Source: Mobula hypostoma (lineage: Eukaryota). From it: DNA of 64,000 bases. The notes beneath the pieces were generated by a model. That model was not told the origin of the DNA, did no database searches, and worked only from the letters and a program-made list of their open reading frames with translations. The stretch lies in the NCBI RefSeq assembly GCF_963921235.1, contig NC_086097.1, forward strand, positions 100,318,001 through 100,382,000. The letters are read 5' to 3'. The position numbers and the translations under genes were made by a program. This document shows positions 1-12,687 of the stretch, one piece after another. How positions within the stretch are numbered: the first letter of the stretch is position 1; the number at the start of each line of letters is the position of its first letter.

Positions 1-440
1 ATTTTCCGCCACCCCGTTTTGAGCTTTCCCGTGTCATTACATTTTCAGAATGTGCAGCACTAACTGAAAACAGCAGCAGTTCTCCCGTTCAATCCGAAAC
101 CACCGGGACTTGATTCTAATCAGCGATAGTTGACCCAAAAACACGCCCCGCCGATTGAGAAACTAACCGTTCTCCAAACTAATGAATGCAGGAAATAAAA
201 GGCAAGGCTCTGGAAGTAAAGATAAGACACGCAAGCTGGATAAATAAAACAATGAAGAGTGATTTTTTTTAAAAACACAAACAGAAATGATCGGACAACA
301 AACCGGTACAGCCGGCGAGACTAGGTGATACCTGAGGCAGGCAGAGACTGTCGGAACGTCTGCCAACTATTTCAGTGAAGAGTTTGAATCTCATGCGCTG
401 TGACCGTGGCAGAGTTCTACAGAAAACGCGGCTTGCTTAC

Positions 441-480
441 CGAAATACACTTCTTTGTTGCACTTGGGGCACTTCGGCAT
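441..480 (-). CDS. CRIP1: First coding exon of cysteine-rich intestinal protein 1 (LIM-domain protein); the gene continues leftward out of the window
   Basis: ATG at 480-478 reads MPKCPKCNKEVYF plus 1 nt, matching the vertebrate CRIP1 N-terminus. A canonical donor G|GTAAGC follows at 440 (phase 1). Confidence 0.93.
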
Positions 481-504
481 ATTTGGTCCAGGCACAGCTC
501 TGTC

Positions 505-710
505 AAACAGCAGGAAATCTGACTCACCAAGACACTCGGTGGCTGGGCTCCCGCTTATATAGGAGCTCTGCACACGGTGAATAGGGCCAGTCCCAAGTGC
601 ACAAGGAGAGCACAGCCCACACCCCACACCCATGAGGCGTTGTCCGCGGGAAGTGGCTTGTTGTTCTTTGACATGCACCTGAGTGTTGGGCTTCTTTCGT
701 AAACAGGAGA
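505..710 (-). promoter_or_regulatory. CRIP1 proximal promoter
   Basis: TATATAA on the minus strand at 555-561, ~75 nt upstream of the ATG. Also tandem CCACACCC (KLF/SP-type) boxes at 617-631, GGAAGTG (ETS-type) 649-655, GTAAACA (forkhead-type) 699-705 and TGACTCA (AP-1) 520-526. Bases 1-720 are visibly CpG-rich. Confidence 0.65.
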
Positions 711-819
711 GGGTGCGGTCTCTCTTTCACAGTTTGGTAGAGGGAGAGAGGTAAACTCACTTAGACTTCCATAAAGCCTACAGGGTTCCGGGATGGAGGT
801 AGAGGAAGGCTGGGGGTCT

Positions 820-1530
820 CAGAATAAAGGGGTAGTTCTTTCAGACTGAGATGAGTGGAATCTCCTTCTTGCAGGGGTGAATGAAGCTGTGGTGTTCATG
901 CTCACTGTAGCAGGCCTTGGTGAGACCTCACTTGTACCCACAGTTCTAGTCATCCAGCTACAGGAAGGGTGTCATTAACTGGAGGGGTGACCAGGATGTT
1001 ACAGGGACTGGAGAGTCTGAAGTTTAAGAAGCTGGATGGGCTGTGATCGTTTTCCTAGCGTGTAGGAGACTGTGTGGCAACCATTGAGAGGTGTAAATAA
1101 GGTGGGGGGGGGGAGGTCACAGTCTTTTTCCCAGGGCCAGGGAGCCTAAAACTAGAGGGTGTAGGTTTGGGGTGAGAGGGGAAAGGTTTAAAGGGGATCC
1201 AAGGGGCAACTTTTTATATTGAGGTGGAACAGACAGGTACAATACATGTAAAAGCCACTTGGACAGCTTAGCATCATCATCATGTGTCGTGTCACATGAC
1301 ATGGGCCATCATGGTCTTTGACAATGATTGTTCTTGGTAAAAATTTCTACAGAAGTAGTTTGCCATTGCCTTTTTGGACAGGTACACGGACAGAAAAGAT
1401 TTAGACTCTAAAGGTCCAAACTTCAGAAGTATATGGGTCAAGCAAATTGGAACTAGTTCAGGTGGGCACCTTGGGTAGCATTTGTGATTTGGGCCAAATG
1501 GCCTTCCATGCTTTGTAACTCTGACTCTAT
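820..1530 (+). mobile_element. Degraded CR1 LINE 3' fragments
   Basis: Similar to the RT C-terminus and 3'UTR of other CR1 copies in the window (gccttggtgagacctcacttg; actagagggtgtaggttt...aaggtttaaagggg). Confidence 0.7.
1267..1373 (-). mobile_element. Short RTE-related retroposon 3' end with (GAT)n tail
   Basis: Minus strand reads aaggcaatggcaaactacttctgtag...atgatgatgatg. Flanked by an 8-bp direct repeat TTGGACAG (1259-1266 / 1374-1381). Confidence 0.55.
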
Positions 1531-1539
1531 AACATAGAA

Positions 1540-1608
1540 CAGGGGTGCACAATGGGGTGCTCGTTTAATGTTAGGGATCTATGGCATAAAAAAGGTTGGG
1601 AAACCCTG
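1540..1608. mobile_element. Tiny hAT-type MITE
   Basis: Termini CAGGGGT...AAACCCTG with a perfect 8-bp TSD ACATAGAA (1532-1539 / 1609-1616). Related copies at ~31490-31562 and ~50209-50287. Confidence 0.75.
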
Positions 1609-1830
1609 ACATAGAATAATTGATAAAGCAATGTCTAATCTCTGACCTTGACAGTTACATTGCCCTGTGGTATTAACACAGGAAGGCCTGTCTTCACAAG
1701 GCCTGTGCTTGGAGTTCTCTCCTCTCATTGCCAGGCCAGTTCTGGTTTCAACATTGTGCTTTCCTCTATTCCGAGTAGTTTTTCCAATGGGGACACAATC
1801 CATCTGCTCCGACTTTGCTTCAAAAAACAG

Positions 1831-3311
1831 TCCGATATTCAGTAGTGATGAAGTGTGTTGAGAGGCTGGTGTTAAAGCATATCAGCTCCCGTCTGAATGG
1901 TGACTTGGATCCGCTCCAATTTACCTACCGAAGCAACTGGTCTACAGCAGATGCTATCTTGTTGGCTCTTCACACAACTCTGGAACATCTGCACAGATAA
2001 GATGCATACATCAGGATGCTCCTTATCAATTACAACTCAGCATTTAACACCATCATCCCCTCAAAACTAACAGTAAACTCCAAGACCTGGGTCTCTATAC
2101 CCCCTTGTACAACTCGATCCTGGATTTCCTCATTTGTAGACCCAGTCAGTTTGGATTGGTAAAAACATCTCCTCCACAGTCTCCATCAGTACAGGAGCAC
2201 TGCAGGGATGTGTACTTAGCCCCCTGCTCTACTTGCTTTACACCCATGACAGTGTGGCTAAGTACAACTCCAACACCCCCCATGTACAAGTTTGCTGATG
2301 ACACTACTGTTATGGGCTGTATCAGCATACAAGAGGAAGATTGAAAATTTGGGTGAGTGGTGTAATAACAACAACCTCTCACTCAATGTCGATAAGACCA
2401 AGGAACTGATAGTAGACAGTAATCATCAGAGAATCAGAAGTAGGAAGTATCAGTAACTTTAAATTCCTGTGTGTCACTCTCTCAGAGGACCTGTCCTGGA
2501 CCCATCATATAAATATTATTGTGAAGAAAGCACAACAACGCCTTGACTACCTCAGAGTCTGCGGAGGTTCGGCAAACTTCTATAGAGGTGTGGTGGAAAG
2601 TGTGCTGACTGACTGTATTACGGCCTGGTATGGGAACACCAATGCCTTAGACAATAAGACATAGAAGCAGAATTAGGCCATTCAGCTCATTAATTCTGCT
2701 CTGCCATTACATCATGGCTGATCCCAGATCCCACTCACCATATCCTTTGATGCCCTGACTGATCAGGAAATGATCAACTTTCGCCTTAAGTATACCCTGG
2801 ACTTGGCCTCCACCACAGCTGTGGCTTTGAACTTTTGAATGTAAAATCCTACAAAAGGTAGTGGATTTGTCCCAGTACATCACTTCCAACCGTTGAGCAC
2901 ATCTACATGAAACGTTGCCATAGAAAAGCAGCATCCATCATCAGAGATCCTCACCACCCAGGCCATGCTCTTTTCCCACTGCGGCCACCAGGCAGAAGGT
3001 ACAAGAGCCTCAGGACTCACACCACCAGGTTCAAGATTAGTTACTACCCTTCAGCCGTCAGGCTTTTGAACAAAAGGGGACAGCTACACTCATTTAAGGA
3101 CTCTGTTGTATTGTTATTTCATGCTCATTATTTATTGCTATTTATTTATATCTGTAAACAGCTTGTTTACAGCTCCTGATGTTAACAGTTTACAGATCCT
3201 GTTTACAGTTACTGTTCTATAGATTGGCTAAGTATGCCCACAGAGAAAGACTCTCAGGGTTGTATGTGCTGACATGTATGTACTCTGATAACAAATTTCC
3301 CTTTGAACTTT
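1831..3311 (+). mobile_element. 5'-truncated Rex1/Babar-type LINE with a nested inverted CR1 3' tail (~2650-2826)
   Basis: Degenerate RT peptides (MKCVERLVLKHI, DPLQFTYR, KFADDTTV, LRTHTTRFK). TSD AAACAG at 1825-1830 / 3312-3317. Confidence 0.8.
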
Positions 3312-3699
3312 AAACAGCCACTCAGGGTAATAGAAGGCAATAACTTTTCTGGAGGTCTCTCTGTGCAACACAATCTGCTTTCTCAATCACTCTGTTTTCA
3401 AGAGGGAGTGGCTGAGGGGATGGATTGGAGAGGGTGAATGCACTGGAGCGTCACACTGGGAGAGGTGGAAAAAGGAAAGAGTGGAGCATAGTTGCTAGCA
3501 TGAACTGGTTGGTCTGAGTGGCCTGTTCCTGTATTCATCCTTTGTTTCTAGGAATTGGATGGGAACACTCAATGCACAGGGTGTGCTGATGGCCCCTCGT
3601 GACACCATGGGCAGCAAAGGAAACCAACCCAGCTCTGTAATCTGAAGCCCTCAGTGCCTCTGAGAACTTGTTCCATTTTGCAACAACTGTGCTCAACAA

Positions 3700-4345
3700 T
3701 GTCAGCATAAACCAAAGAGCTGGTCATTGACTTCAGGAAGTGGGGCAGTGTTGAGAGCATCAAATTCCCAGGAATAAACATCACCAGTTGCTTGTCCTGG
3801 TCCAACCACGTGGATGCACGGACAACACCTTTGCTTCCTCAGGAGGTCAGAGGTCATGCTGTTGCCAGTTTTTATCAATGCATCTTAACCAGATGCATGA
3901 TATAGCAACTGCTATGCCTGTGACCACAAGAAACTACAGAGTTGTGATCACAACTCAACACATCAGGGAAACCAGCTCCCTCTCTGTGGACTTTGTCCAC
4001 ACCTCAGTAAAGCAGCACCCCAGACATTCTCTCTTCTCCTCTCTCCCACTGGGTAGAAGGTACAAAAGCATGAAAGTACACACCAGCAGCTCAGGACAGT
4101 TTCTACCCCGCTGTTATAATACTCTCTTTGTCTACAGTAAGATGGACTCCTGCCCTCTCAATATACTGTAGCTCATTATGCACTTACACCTTTACTGTCT
4201 GCTTGCACGGAACCTTGTCTGCACTGTAATACTTTATTCTGCGTCCTGTTACTGCTTCTCCCTTGTACGACCTTGAAGTACTGATGTGACGCAATGACTT
4301 GTATCGATGGCATCTACACCGGTATAGGTGACAATAGATAAACCA
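3700..4345 (+). mobile_element. Rex1/Babar LINE 3' fragment
   Basis: KTKELVIDFR-type sequence (accaaagagctggtcattgacttcagg), LPLGRRYKS, and a tail similar to other copies. Confidence 0.65.
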
Positions 4346-4389
4346 GTGAAAAGGCCAGAACTTTGTGGCAGTTTCTCGGAGTTGGACTG

Positions 4390-6180
4390 TGACCAATCGC
4401 TGAGCAGGATTCACTAGAGGGGGTGAATAAAAATAACACAGGAGCAGGCGGAGCAGGGGGCCAGTGTCTGGAGTGTCTTTGGCTCATCAGGCTCAGGTGA
4501 GGTGAGTATCTGGTCGATTTCTCTCCTTTTGTTCTGATTTGTTCACTCACTCTTCACTGGGCACAGTTAGTGCAGTGAGAATGGCTCCAGGGCAGAGTTC
4601 TGTACTCTGTGTGAGATGTGGAAAGTCTGGAGACCTCCAGTCTCCCGGACAAACACATCTACATCAGGTGCACTGAGCAGCAGCTCCTGAGAGATGGTGT
4701 TAAGGAACTGGAGCCGCAGCTCGATGACCTTTGTCTCATACAGGAGACTGAGGAACTGGTAGGTAGGAGCTACAGGGAGGTGGTCACCCCTAGGTTGCAG
4801 GAGGCAGATACCCCAGGTGACTGTCAGGAGAAGGAAGGGAAATAGGCAGCCAGTGGCCGTTTCCCTCAATAGTAAGTATAACGGTTTGGATACTTTTGTG
4901 GGGGATGACCTGCCGGGGGGAGCCACAGTGCCTGGGTCTCGGGCGCTGACTCTGCGCTGTGGCTCAGAAGAGGTGAAGAGGACTTCAGTGGTGATAGGAG
5001 GTTTCATAGTCAGAGGAAAAAAGAGGAGATTCTGTAGGCACGATAGAGACACCTGGATGATATGTGGCCTGCTAGGTGCCAGGATCAGCGATGTCTCAGA
5101 TCAGGTCCACAGTATTCTCAAGGCAGAAGGGGAGCCAGGAGTCTTGGTACACGTGGAAACCAATGACATCGGTAGGGAAGGTGAGGAGGTCCTGAAAAAT
5201 GACAACAGGATCTCCCGGGTAGTAACCTCTGGATCGCTGCCTGTGCCATGTATCAATGAGGGCAAGAATAGGATGATTTGGCAGGTGAATGCGTGGCTGA
5301 GGAACTGGTGCAGGGGACAGGGGTTCAGATTTATGGATCATTGGGATCTCTTCTGGGAAAGGTATGACCTGCACAAAAGGGGCAGTGTACATCTGAACCT
5401 AAGGGAGACCAATATCCTTGTGGGCAGGTTTGCCAGAGCTGCTTGGGTGGGTTTGAACTAATATAGCTGTGGGATGGGAACTGGAGTGTTAGGGCTGAGG
5501 ATGAGGTAGTTGGTTTACAAAGGCAGCCTGTAGTGAGACTCCGAGCAAGGGGAGGCTGATGATAGGGCAAAATTGCAGTCAACAGGATGAATTACAATGT
5601 AAAAGGTGGACAAAGTTGAAAAGAGTGAATACAGGACTGAAGGAGTTACATTTGAATGCGTGCAGTACACGGAATAAGGTAGATGAACTTGTAGCACAGT
5701 TACAGATTGGCATGTATGATGTTGTAGTCATCATGGCTGAAAGAAGATTATGGCTGGGAGCTTAATGTCCTAGATACACATTGTATTGAAAGGACAGGCA
5801 GGAAGGCAGAAGGGGTGGCGTGGCTGTGTTGGTAAGAAAATGAAATCAAATCATTAGAAAGAGGTGACGTAGGATCAGAAGGTGTTGAATCATTGTGGAT
5901 AGAGCTAAGGAACAGCAAGGGTAAAAAGACCCTGATGGAAGTTACATACAGACCCCCAAACAGTAGTAAGGATGTGGTCTACAAATTACAATGGAAGATG
6001 GAAAATGTCAAAAGTGCAATGTTACCGATAGTCGTGGGGGATTTCAATGTGCAGGTAGATTGGGAAAAGCAGGTTGGTGCTGGATTACAAGAGGGGGAAT
6101 TTGTAGAATGCCTACGAGATGGCTTTTTAGAGCAGCTCATGGTTAGGCCCACTAGGGGATCAGCTATTGTCGACTGGGTG
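4390..6180 (+). mobile_element. CR1 LINE 5' half: degenerate ORF1 (SGNH esterase) and start of the ORF2 endonuclease
   Basis: ORF 4817-5461 contains WLRNWCRGQGFRFMDHW. ORF 5893-6288 contains WIELRN...YRPPNS...VGDFN. Confidence 0.85.
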
Positions 6181-6775
6181 GAACATTATCCTTTGGAGCA
6201 TTGGATGCTGAGGGATGAACTTCCAGAGATATGTAAAATCACAAGGGGCATGGCAACTCCAACACATAAGAATGCAGGAGGCTACTGAAAGTAGTGGACT
6301 CATCCAGCACCGCCCACCATTGAGGACATCTACAGGAGGCGACGTCTCAGGAGCGCAACACCATTATTAAGGAACTGCATCATCCAAGCCAAGCTCTCTT
6401 CTCAATGCTGCCGTCAGGCAGAAGGTACTGGAGCTTGAAGACCCACACTTCCAGGTTCAACAACGGCTTCTTCTCCACTGCCATCAGATTCCTGAATACA
6501 CCTGAAAACCCTAACTTACTGTACCTTGGATGATATTTCGCTCAACTTGCACTGATGTAGTTTCGTTAGTGTTTATTTGTGTAAGTTATATATCATTTAT
6601 GTTAATTTAAGTTTCTAATGAACTACAATACTGCTGCAAAAAGCTAATTTTCATGGTATTTATACCATATATATATCAGAGTTGCTGATTATTGCTAGTC
6701 TGATTAGTTGGTGAATCTTAACGCATTTGAGGAGGTAAATTTGTTTATTATTTTCACATGTACTGAGATGCAGTG

Positions 6776-7584
6776 TGTGACGAATACACATAGATAAGAT
6801 GTTAGCTGTCCTGTGTGATCAGCAGTTGGTCTGCCACCTGTCTTCAAGAGAGAGATAAGGGACACAATGAAACAGCACCTGGAGATGTGTAGAGAGCTGT
6901 CTGGAGCGGCCTCCCCCTTTGAACCCTGAACTGTTTGAAGTGATGGACAGGCGATACCCCAGCAGGGGGATAAAAAGGGGCAGGTTCGCTAAGGCAGGAC
7001 ACACACGACACCCAAGCGGTGCGCCTCTCACGAGTCGGTGAGAGGTATCAGACAACGCACAGGGTGGAAAGGTACGATCAGCGGGTACCCGGTGTGCGTC
7101 CGCCCTTGCCTGGGTGCCGGGTTCACTGCAGAGGATCGACCGCATCTGGAGGAGGGGTCACAGTCGGTGACCTCAGGTGACATCACCAAGGACCTGCCCA
7201 AAAGCTGCTTGTGAGCAATATCGCCGGTCTGTGAGTGAAGCCATGTCTGAATGATCAGTTGTTCCCATTCTCTCTCTCGCTCCCCCCACGTTGTCCATCG
7301 CCATGGCAACGATTACTGCGACCTGAACTACTAAACTGGACTGAACTTTGAGTCACTTTGAAATTTGGTCATTTACCCCTAGACAACGATAGAGCTTAAT
7401 TGATGCTGTTATCTTAATTCTGTGCACATGTGTGTTTATCATTGCTGAACTGTTGCATTTATTATCCTTTCGATTACTGTGTGACTTGTTTCTTTAATAA
7501 AACTTTCTTAGTTCTAGTACTCCAGACTCCAACTGAGTGATCCATTTCTGCTGGTTTGGCAACCCAGTTACGGGGTACGTAACA
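6776..7584 (+). mobile_element. Solo LTR (809 bp, probably Gypsy-type)
   Basis: TGTGACG...CGTAACA termini, 4-bp TSD AGTG (6772-6775 / 7585-7588), GATAAAAA TATA-like box at ~6969 and AATAAA at ~7497. It interrupts a LINE tail. Confidence 0.85.
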
Positions 7585-8119
7585 AGTGAAACACCATCGA
7601 TACAAATCATTGTATTACATCAGGACACTGAGATAGTACAAGGGAACACTTAATGAGAATAATGTTATAGTTACAGAGAACGTGCAGTGCAAACCAGACA
7701 ATATGGTGCAAGGTCATAAGATCGTGGGTTAAGAGTCCATCTTATCATACTAGGTGACTGTTCAATAGTCTTATGACAGCAGGATAGAAGTTGTTCTTGA
7801 ACCTCGTAATACGTACATTCTGGGTTTTGTATCTTCTGCCCAATGGGAGAACGTCCAAAAGCATTAGATTCTACAGGCATGGAAATCCAGAGCAACACAC
7901 ACAAAATGCTGGAGGCAGCATCTATAGAATGGAATTAACGGTTGACATTTTGGGATGAGACCCCCTTCATTTGGCCTGAGAAATCTGTGTGTGTCCAGGG
8001 TAGGTGGGGACTTTAATTATGCTGGCTCCTTTACTGAGGCAGCTAGACAGGTAGACAGAGTCCATAGAGGGCAAGTTGGATTAACAAGGCAATAAAATGT
8101 ACAATAAAGGTTGAGCTAT

Positions 8120-8900
8120 TGAGAGAAAGAGGAAATTATGCTGGAACTGTATATTACACCGGTTAGACTGCATTTTGAGTACTGGGTACTGTTCTGGTCA
8201 TCACACAAGGCAAAGATATGATTGCACTGGAAAGGATGCAGGTACAGCAGGCAGTGAAGAAAGCTAATGGCATGCTGGCCTTCATAACAAGGGGAATTGA
8301 GTATAGGAACAAAGAGGTCCTTCTGCAGTTGTACAGGGCCCTGGTGAGACCACACCTGGAATATTGTGCACAGTTTTGGTCTCCAAATTTGAGGAAGGAC
8401 ATTCTAGCTATTGAGGGAGTGCAGCGTAGGTTCACAAGGTTAATTCCCAGGATGGTGGGACTGTCATATGTTGAAAGATTGGAGCGACTGGGGTTGTATA
8501 CAATGGAATTTAGAAGGATGAGAGGGGATCTGAATAAAACATATAAGATTATTAAGGGATTGAACACGCTAGAGGCAGGAAACATGTTCCCGATGTTGGG
8601 GGAGTCCAAACCAGAGGCCATAGTTTAAGAATAAGGGGTAGAATGGAATTGAGGAAAAACTTTTTCACACAGAGGGTTGTGGATCTGTGGAATGCTCTGC
8701 CTCAGAAGGCAGTGGAGGCCAATTCTCTGGATTCTTTCAAAAAAGAGTTAGAGCTCTTAAAGATGGCAGAGTGAAGGAATATGAGGAGAAGGCAGGAAAA
8801 GGGTACTGATTGTGGATGATCAGCCATGATCACAGTGAATGGTGGTGCTGGCTCGAAGGGCTGAATGGCCTAATCCTGCAACCATTGTCTATTGTCTATT
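8120..8900 (+). mobile_element. CR1 LINE 3' fragment
   Basis: ORF 8218-8628 contains LYRALVRPHLEYCAQFWSP...RRMRGDL. Ends in a (ctattgt)n-type tail. Confidence 0.9.
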
Positions 8901-10279
8901 CCCAGTGTTATGGGAGGGAAGGAGTTGAGTTCCTGGAAGACCACCTGTACCACAATGTTCTGTAGCACAAAATCATATCATTTGCATATGCGGAATGAAA
9001 TAGTTAATGAACTGAAAAATAAATCTGTGTTTATCTATTTGCTTTGTTTTTTTGCATACATTTTGTGAGTGAATTTTGTTTCATCTCAGATGTTTTGGAT
9101 TGTAATTTTTGAATTATTTAAGAGCAAATTTCAATTATCCAAATGGCCATAACACAGAGGTCACCTGTACAGAAGAGATTTACGAGGGTTTTGTAAGTTG
9201 TAGGTACAAGGAAGGACTTCTTCTCAGCAGAGCCTCAGAAATAGGGGGGCGGTGGGAGGAGGATTCGAAAGCAATGGGTAGGAGCCTGGGAGAACCCAGA
9301 GGTTGCCGGAATGGATGCTGGTTGTAGGCGGAAGGATCAAGCACATTGGGCTGATACTGTTTAGAAATATGGTGATCTGCAGATGAAATGATTGAACAGC
9401 AGATATAGGGGTGACATTGACATTGCTAGATGACTGGGCTGTTTAGAAACAGGCATCACTACCTCACAACAAGGGACTGTTACTAAGTTAGGTGGTGGAT
9501 TTTCTACCTGAGACAGCCGTGAGCCCAAAGCAATGAATATGTTCAAAACAGAGGCCTATGTGTACTTGACCACGGGCAGCCCCAAGTTACACGAGGATCC
9601 CATTCCTGACAACTGTTTGCATCTCAAACTGTCTGTAAGTTGGAAATGGATGGAAACTATGTAGGAGAGGATCACAGAAACAGCTGTGACAGGGAGCGAG
9701 CAGATGTGGGATGAGTAGTGTTCAGCGTTCCCAGCTCTGCTTGGCTGTACCCAGTCCCCAGCTGTCGTGGTTCAGTGTAGGAGAGAAGGCTTGTGGAAGT
9801 GCCCCATTTCCACATGGCAGATGTTGCCTGCAGCAGCTGGCAAACCCATCCATTCCACCGATCTCTCAAACACTATCATATGCACGTAGTGTCCATAGGT
9901 TAGGCACTTGTAACCTGCGGAGGATTTCTCTGTGGCGAATCAAAAGATGAGGAGTTAGTGCAGGAAAATAATGTTGAGCTGTAGGGCAGAGGAGATACAG
10001 GGAGCTTGTACTTGCTCCAGTGATCCACAGACAGGACGGCCTGGAGGTTATATTACAGCAGACCCATCAGCAATAGCTGCTGATCATTAACTTTGTTCAC
10101 AATACTTCCTTTATTTAAACATGTAACACCATGCTTTAGTGCATGGGGAGTCAATCTGAATGAAAAAATAAATGCAAAGGAAATGGAAATTGAAATCCAC
10201 AGACAAATTTAATAGGAAATGTTAGAGGACATGCTGAAACCATCAGAGGGACTTGACTACCTGCTAAGAGACAGGATCC

Positions 10280-10830
10280 AGAAAACAGGATCAGGAGGAG
10301 GCCACTCGGCCCTTCAAATCTGTCCTGACATGTTCTGCCCTACCCCGTCCCATCCCGTCCTTATTGAGTCCACTCTGCCATTTCCTCATGGCTGATTTAC
10401 TATCCCTCTCAACCCCATTCTCCAGCCTCCTCCCCTTTAATCTTTGATGCCCTTACTAATTAAGAACCTTTCAAACACCACTTTAAATGTACTCAATGAC
10501 TTGCCCTCCACAGCTCTCTGTGGAAATTAATTTTAAAGACTCACAACCTTCTGGCTAAAGAAATTTTGCCTCATCTCTGTTCTGTAGGGGCCTTTACTCT
10601 GAGGCTGTGCCCTTTGGTCCCAGACTACTGGAATCACCTTCCCCACATCCACTCTATCTCAGCTTTTTAATATTTGGTAGGTTTCAATGAGATCCTCCCT
10701 CATTCTTCCCAACTCCAGTGAGTACAGACCAGAGTCATAAATGCTTCTCGTATGTTAACTCTTTCATAACTCGGATAATTTTCATAAGCCGCCTAGGATC
10801 CTCTCCAATGCCAATACCTTCTTCCTCAGT
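10280..10830 (-). mobile_element. Degraded CR1 3' fragment
   Basis: Reverse complement of the CR1 3'UTR and RT end seen elsewhere in the window. Confidence 0.7.
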
Positions 10831-11288
10831 TTCAAGATTCAAGACTGTTCAATGTAATTTTCATGACTCAAATGTAAAAGAGAGCAACATAATTCTTACT
10901 CTGGATCCAATACAGCACAAAAAAGACAATAAGGTAGAGAACACAGTAATAAAAAGCATAATAAATAGAAATATATGAACAGCTGATATACACAGATTGA
11001 CTGAATGCCCCTGAAGTGACACCAGGTGCAGGAGTGTCTGTAGATAAGGGGATTCTGACAGGAAATGTCGAAGTAGTGATGGTGGGGAGTTTGGAGGGGT
11101 GGGATAGTGGGTGGAGGTGCCTCACTGCCTGGGGCAAGTCTTGTGGTCCTGGTGTGGACGCTATTGTATGTAGCCTCCTCCCTGATGGGAGTGGGACAAA
11201 CAGTCCATGACCAGGGTGGGTGGGAACCTTCATGATATTGCTGACCTTCTTCTGGCACCTTTCTGTATATGTCCTTAATGGCAGGTAG

Positions 11289-12435
11289 TCATCCAGGAAG
11301 TCAAGAAGAACAACCTACCAGCCGTGCTTACTTACATCGATTTTCGCAAAGCTTTTGACTCCATTCACCGAGGTAAAATGCTGAAGATCCTGAAAGCTTA
11401 CGGAGTGCCAGACCATCTACTGAGAGCAATAGAGTCCAGCTATACCAAAACCATGGCGAAAGTTGTATCACCAGACGGAGAAACAGCAGTGTTCGAGCTC
11501 CTAGCTGGTGTGCTGCAAGGAGACACTCTGGCACCCTACATCTTTATAATCGTCCTTGATTACGCTCTACGTCAAGCTACCAAAGATCATGACGAGCTTG
11601 GTTTTACAATATAACCAGAACGAACCAAAAGGGTCAGACTAGTTATGCTCACAGATCTCGATTTTGCAGATGACATAGTCCTGCTCTCTGACCAGATGGA
11701 GGAAGCACAGCAGCTACTGACAAAAGTGGAAACTGAGTGCAATAAAGTTGGACTTCACGTAAATGCTAAAAAGACAGAGTACATGGCGTTTAACCGTGAT
11801 GAAGGTACTCTCAAGACCATAAAAAATGATACCATTAAGAAAGTCTTTGACTTCAAGTACCTCAGATCAAGAATGATGAGTTCGGAGAAGGACATAAAGA
11901 TACGGAAGGCGCTGGCGTGGAGGACTATGAACGACATGAAGGAAATCTGGAAGTCGAACCTGACCAGAGGGCTTAAAAAGAGGATTTTCAGAGCAGTCAT
12001 AGAGTCCATTCTCACGTACGGATGCGAGACGTGGGCACTCACCAAGACGATGCTCAAGTCTCTAGATGGTTGCTATACACGAATGCTCCGGATGGCTCTT
12101 GACGCGAGTTGGCAACAGCACATGACGAACGTTGAGCTCTATAACAACCTACCGATGCTCTCCACTAAAATCGAGGCGAGAAGACTGCAACTAGCGGGGC
12201 ACTGTCTACGCCACCCCGAGCTACCTGCCAGCCTAGTCATCATATGGGAGCCCAAGCACGGGAGGATGAACCCTGGGCGCCCTCCCAAGACTATGGTCAA
12301 CACGCTCCTAGAAGACAGCAGTGCGGCTAATGTAGATGAACTGAACACACTGATGAGGGAGAGGGAGAAGTGGAGGGTCCATCATCGTGCCTGACGCCAG
12401 CCCCCGAGGCCTGAGTCGTCATAGTAGTAGTAGCA
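11289..12435 (+). mobile_element. RTE-clade LINE, 5'-truncated, RT nearly intact
   Basis: YIDFRKAFDSI, GVLQGDTLAPYIF, LDFADD and ILTYGCETW lie in one frame with a single stop at 11612-11614. (AGT)n tail and TSD GCAGGTAG (11281-11288 / 12436-12443). Confidence 0.88.
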
Positions 12436-12687
12436 GCAGGTAGGCTGGTGCTGGTGGTGCACCTGACTATCTGTTGTAGAGCCTGCTTGTCCTCTGCAGT
12501 ACAGTTTCCGTACCATGCAGTGATACAGCATGTTAGGATGCTCTCTACTGTGCGTCTGGAGAAGGAGGTGCGTAGTCCAGCTCTCTTCACCATCCTCAGA
12601 AAGTAGAGGCATTGGTGAGCTTTCCTGACTGTGTTCTAGGACTATGAGAGTTTGTGTGAGCTGTGCACTCCCAGGTGTTTGGAACTA

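Noticed and set aside
391..678. 95-aa ORF as a complete gene
   Set aside because: Only 441-480 matches CRIP1; the rest is promoter/5'UTR and intron read-through past a canonical donor.
8900..9930. Possible Tigger/TcMar-like non-autonomous DNA transposon remnants (~8900-9170, ~9572-9930)
   Set aside because: Terminal repeats and TA TSDs are too degraded to delimit with confidence.
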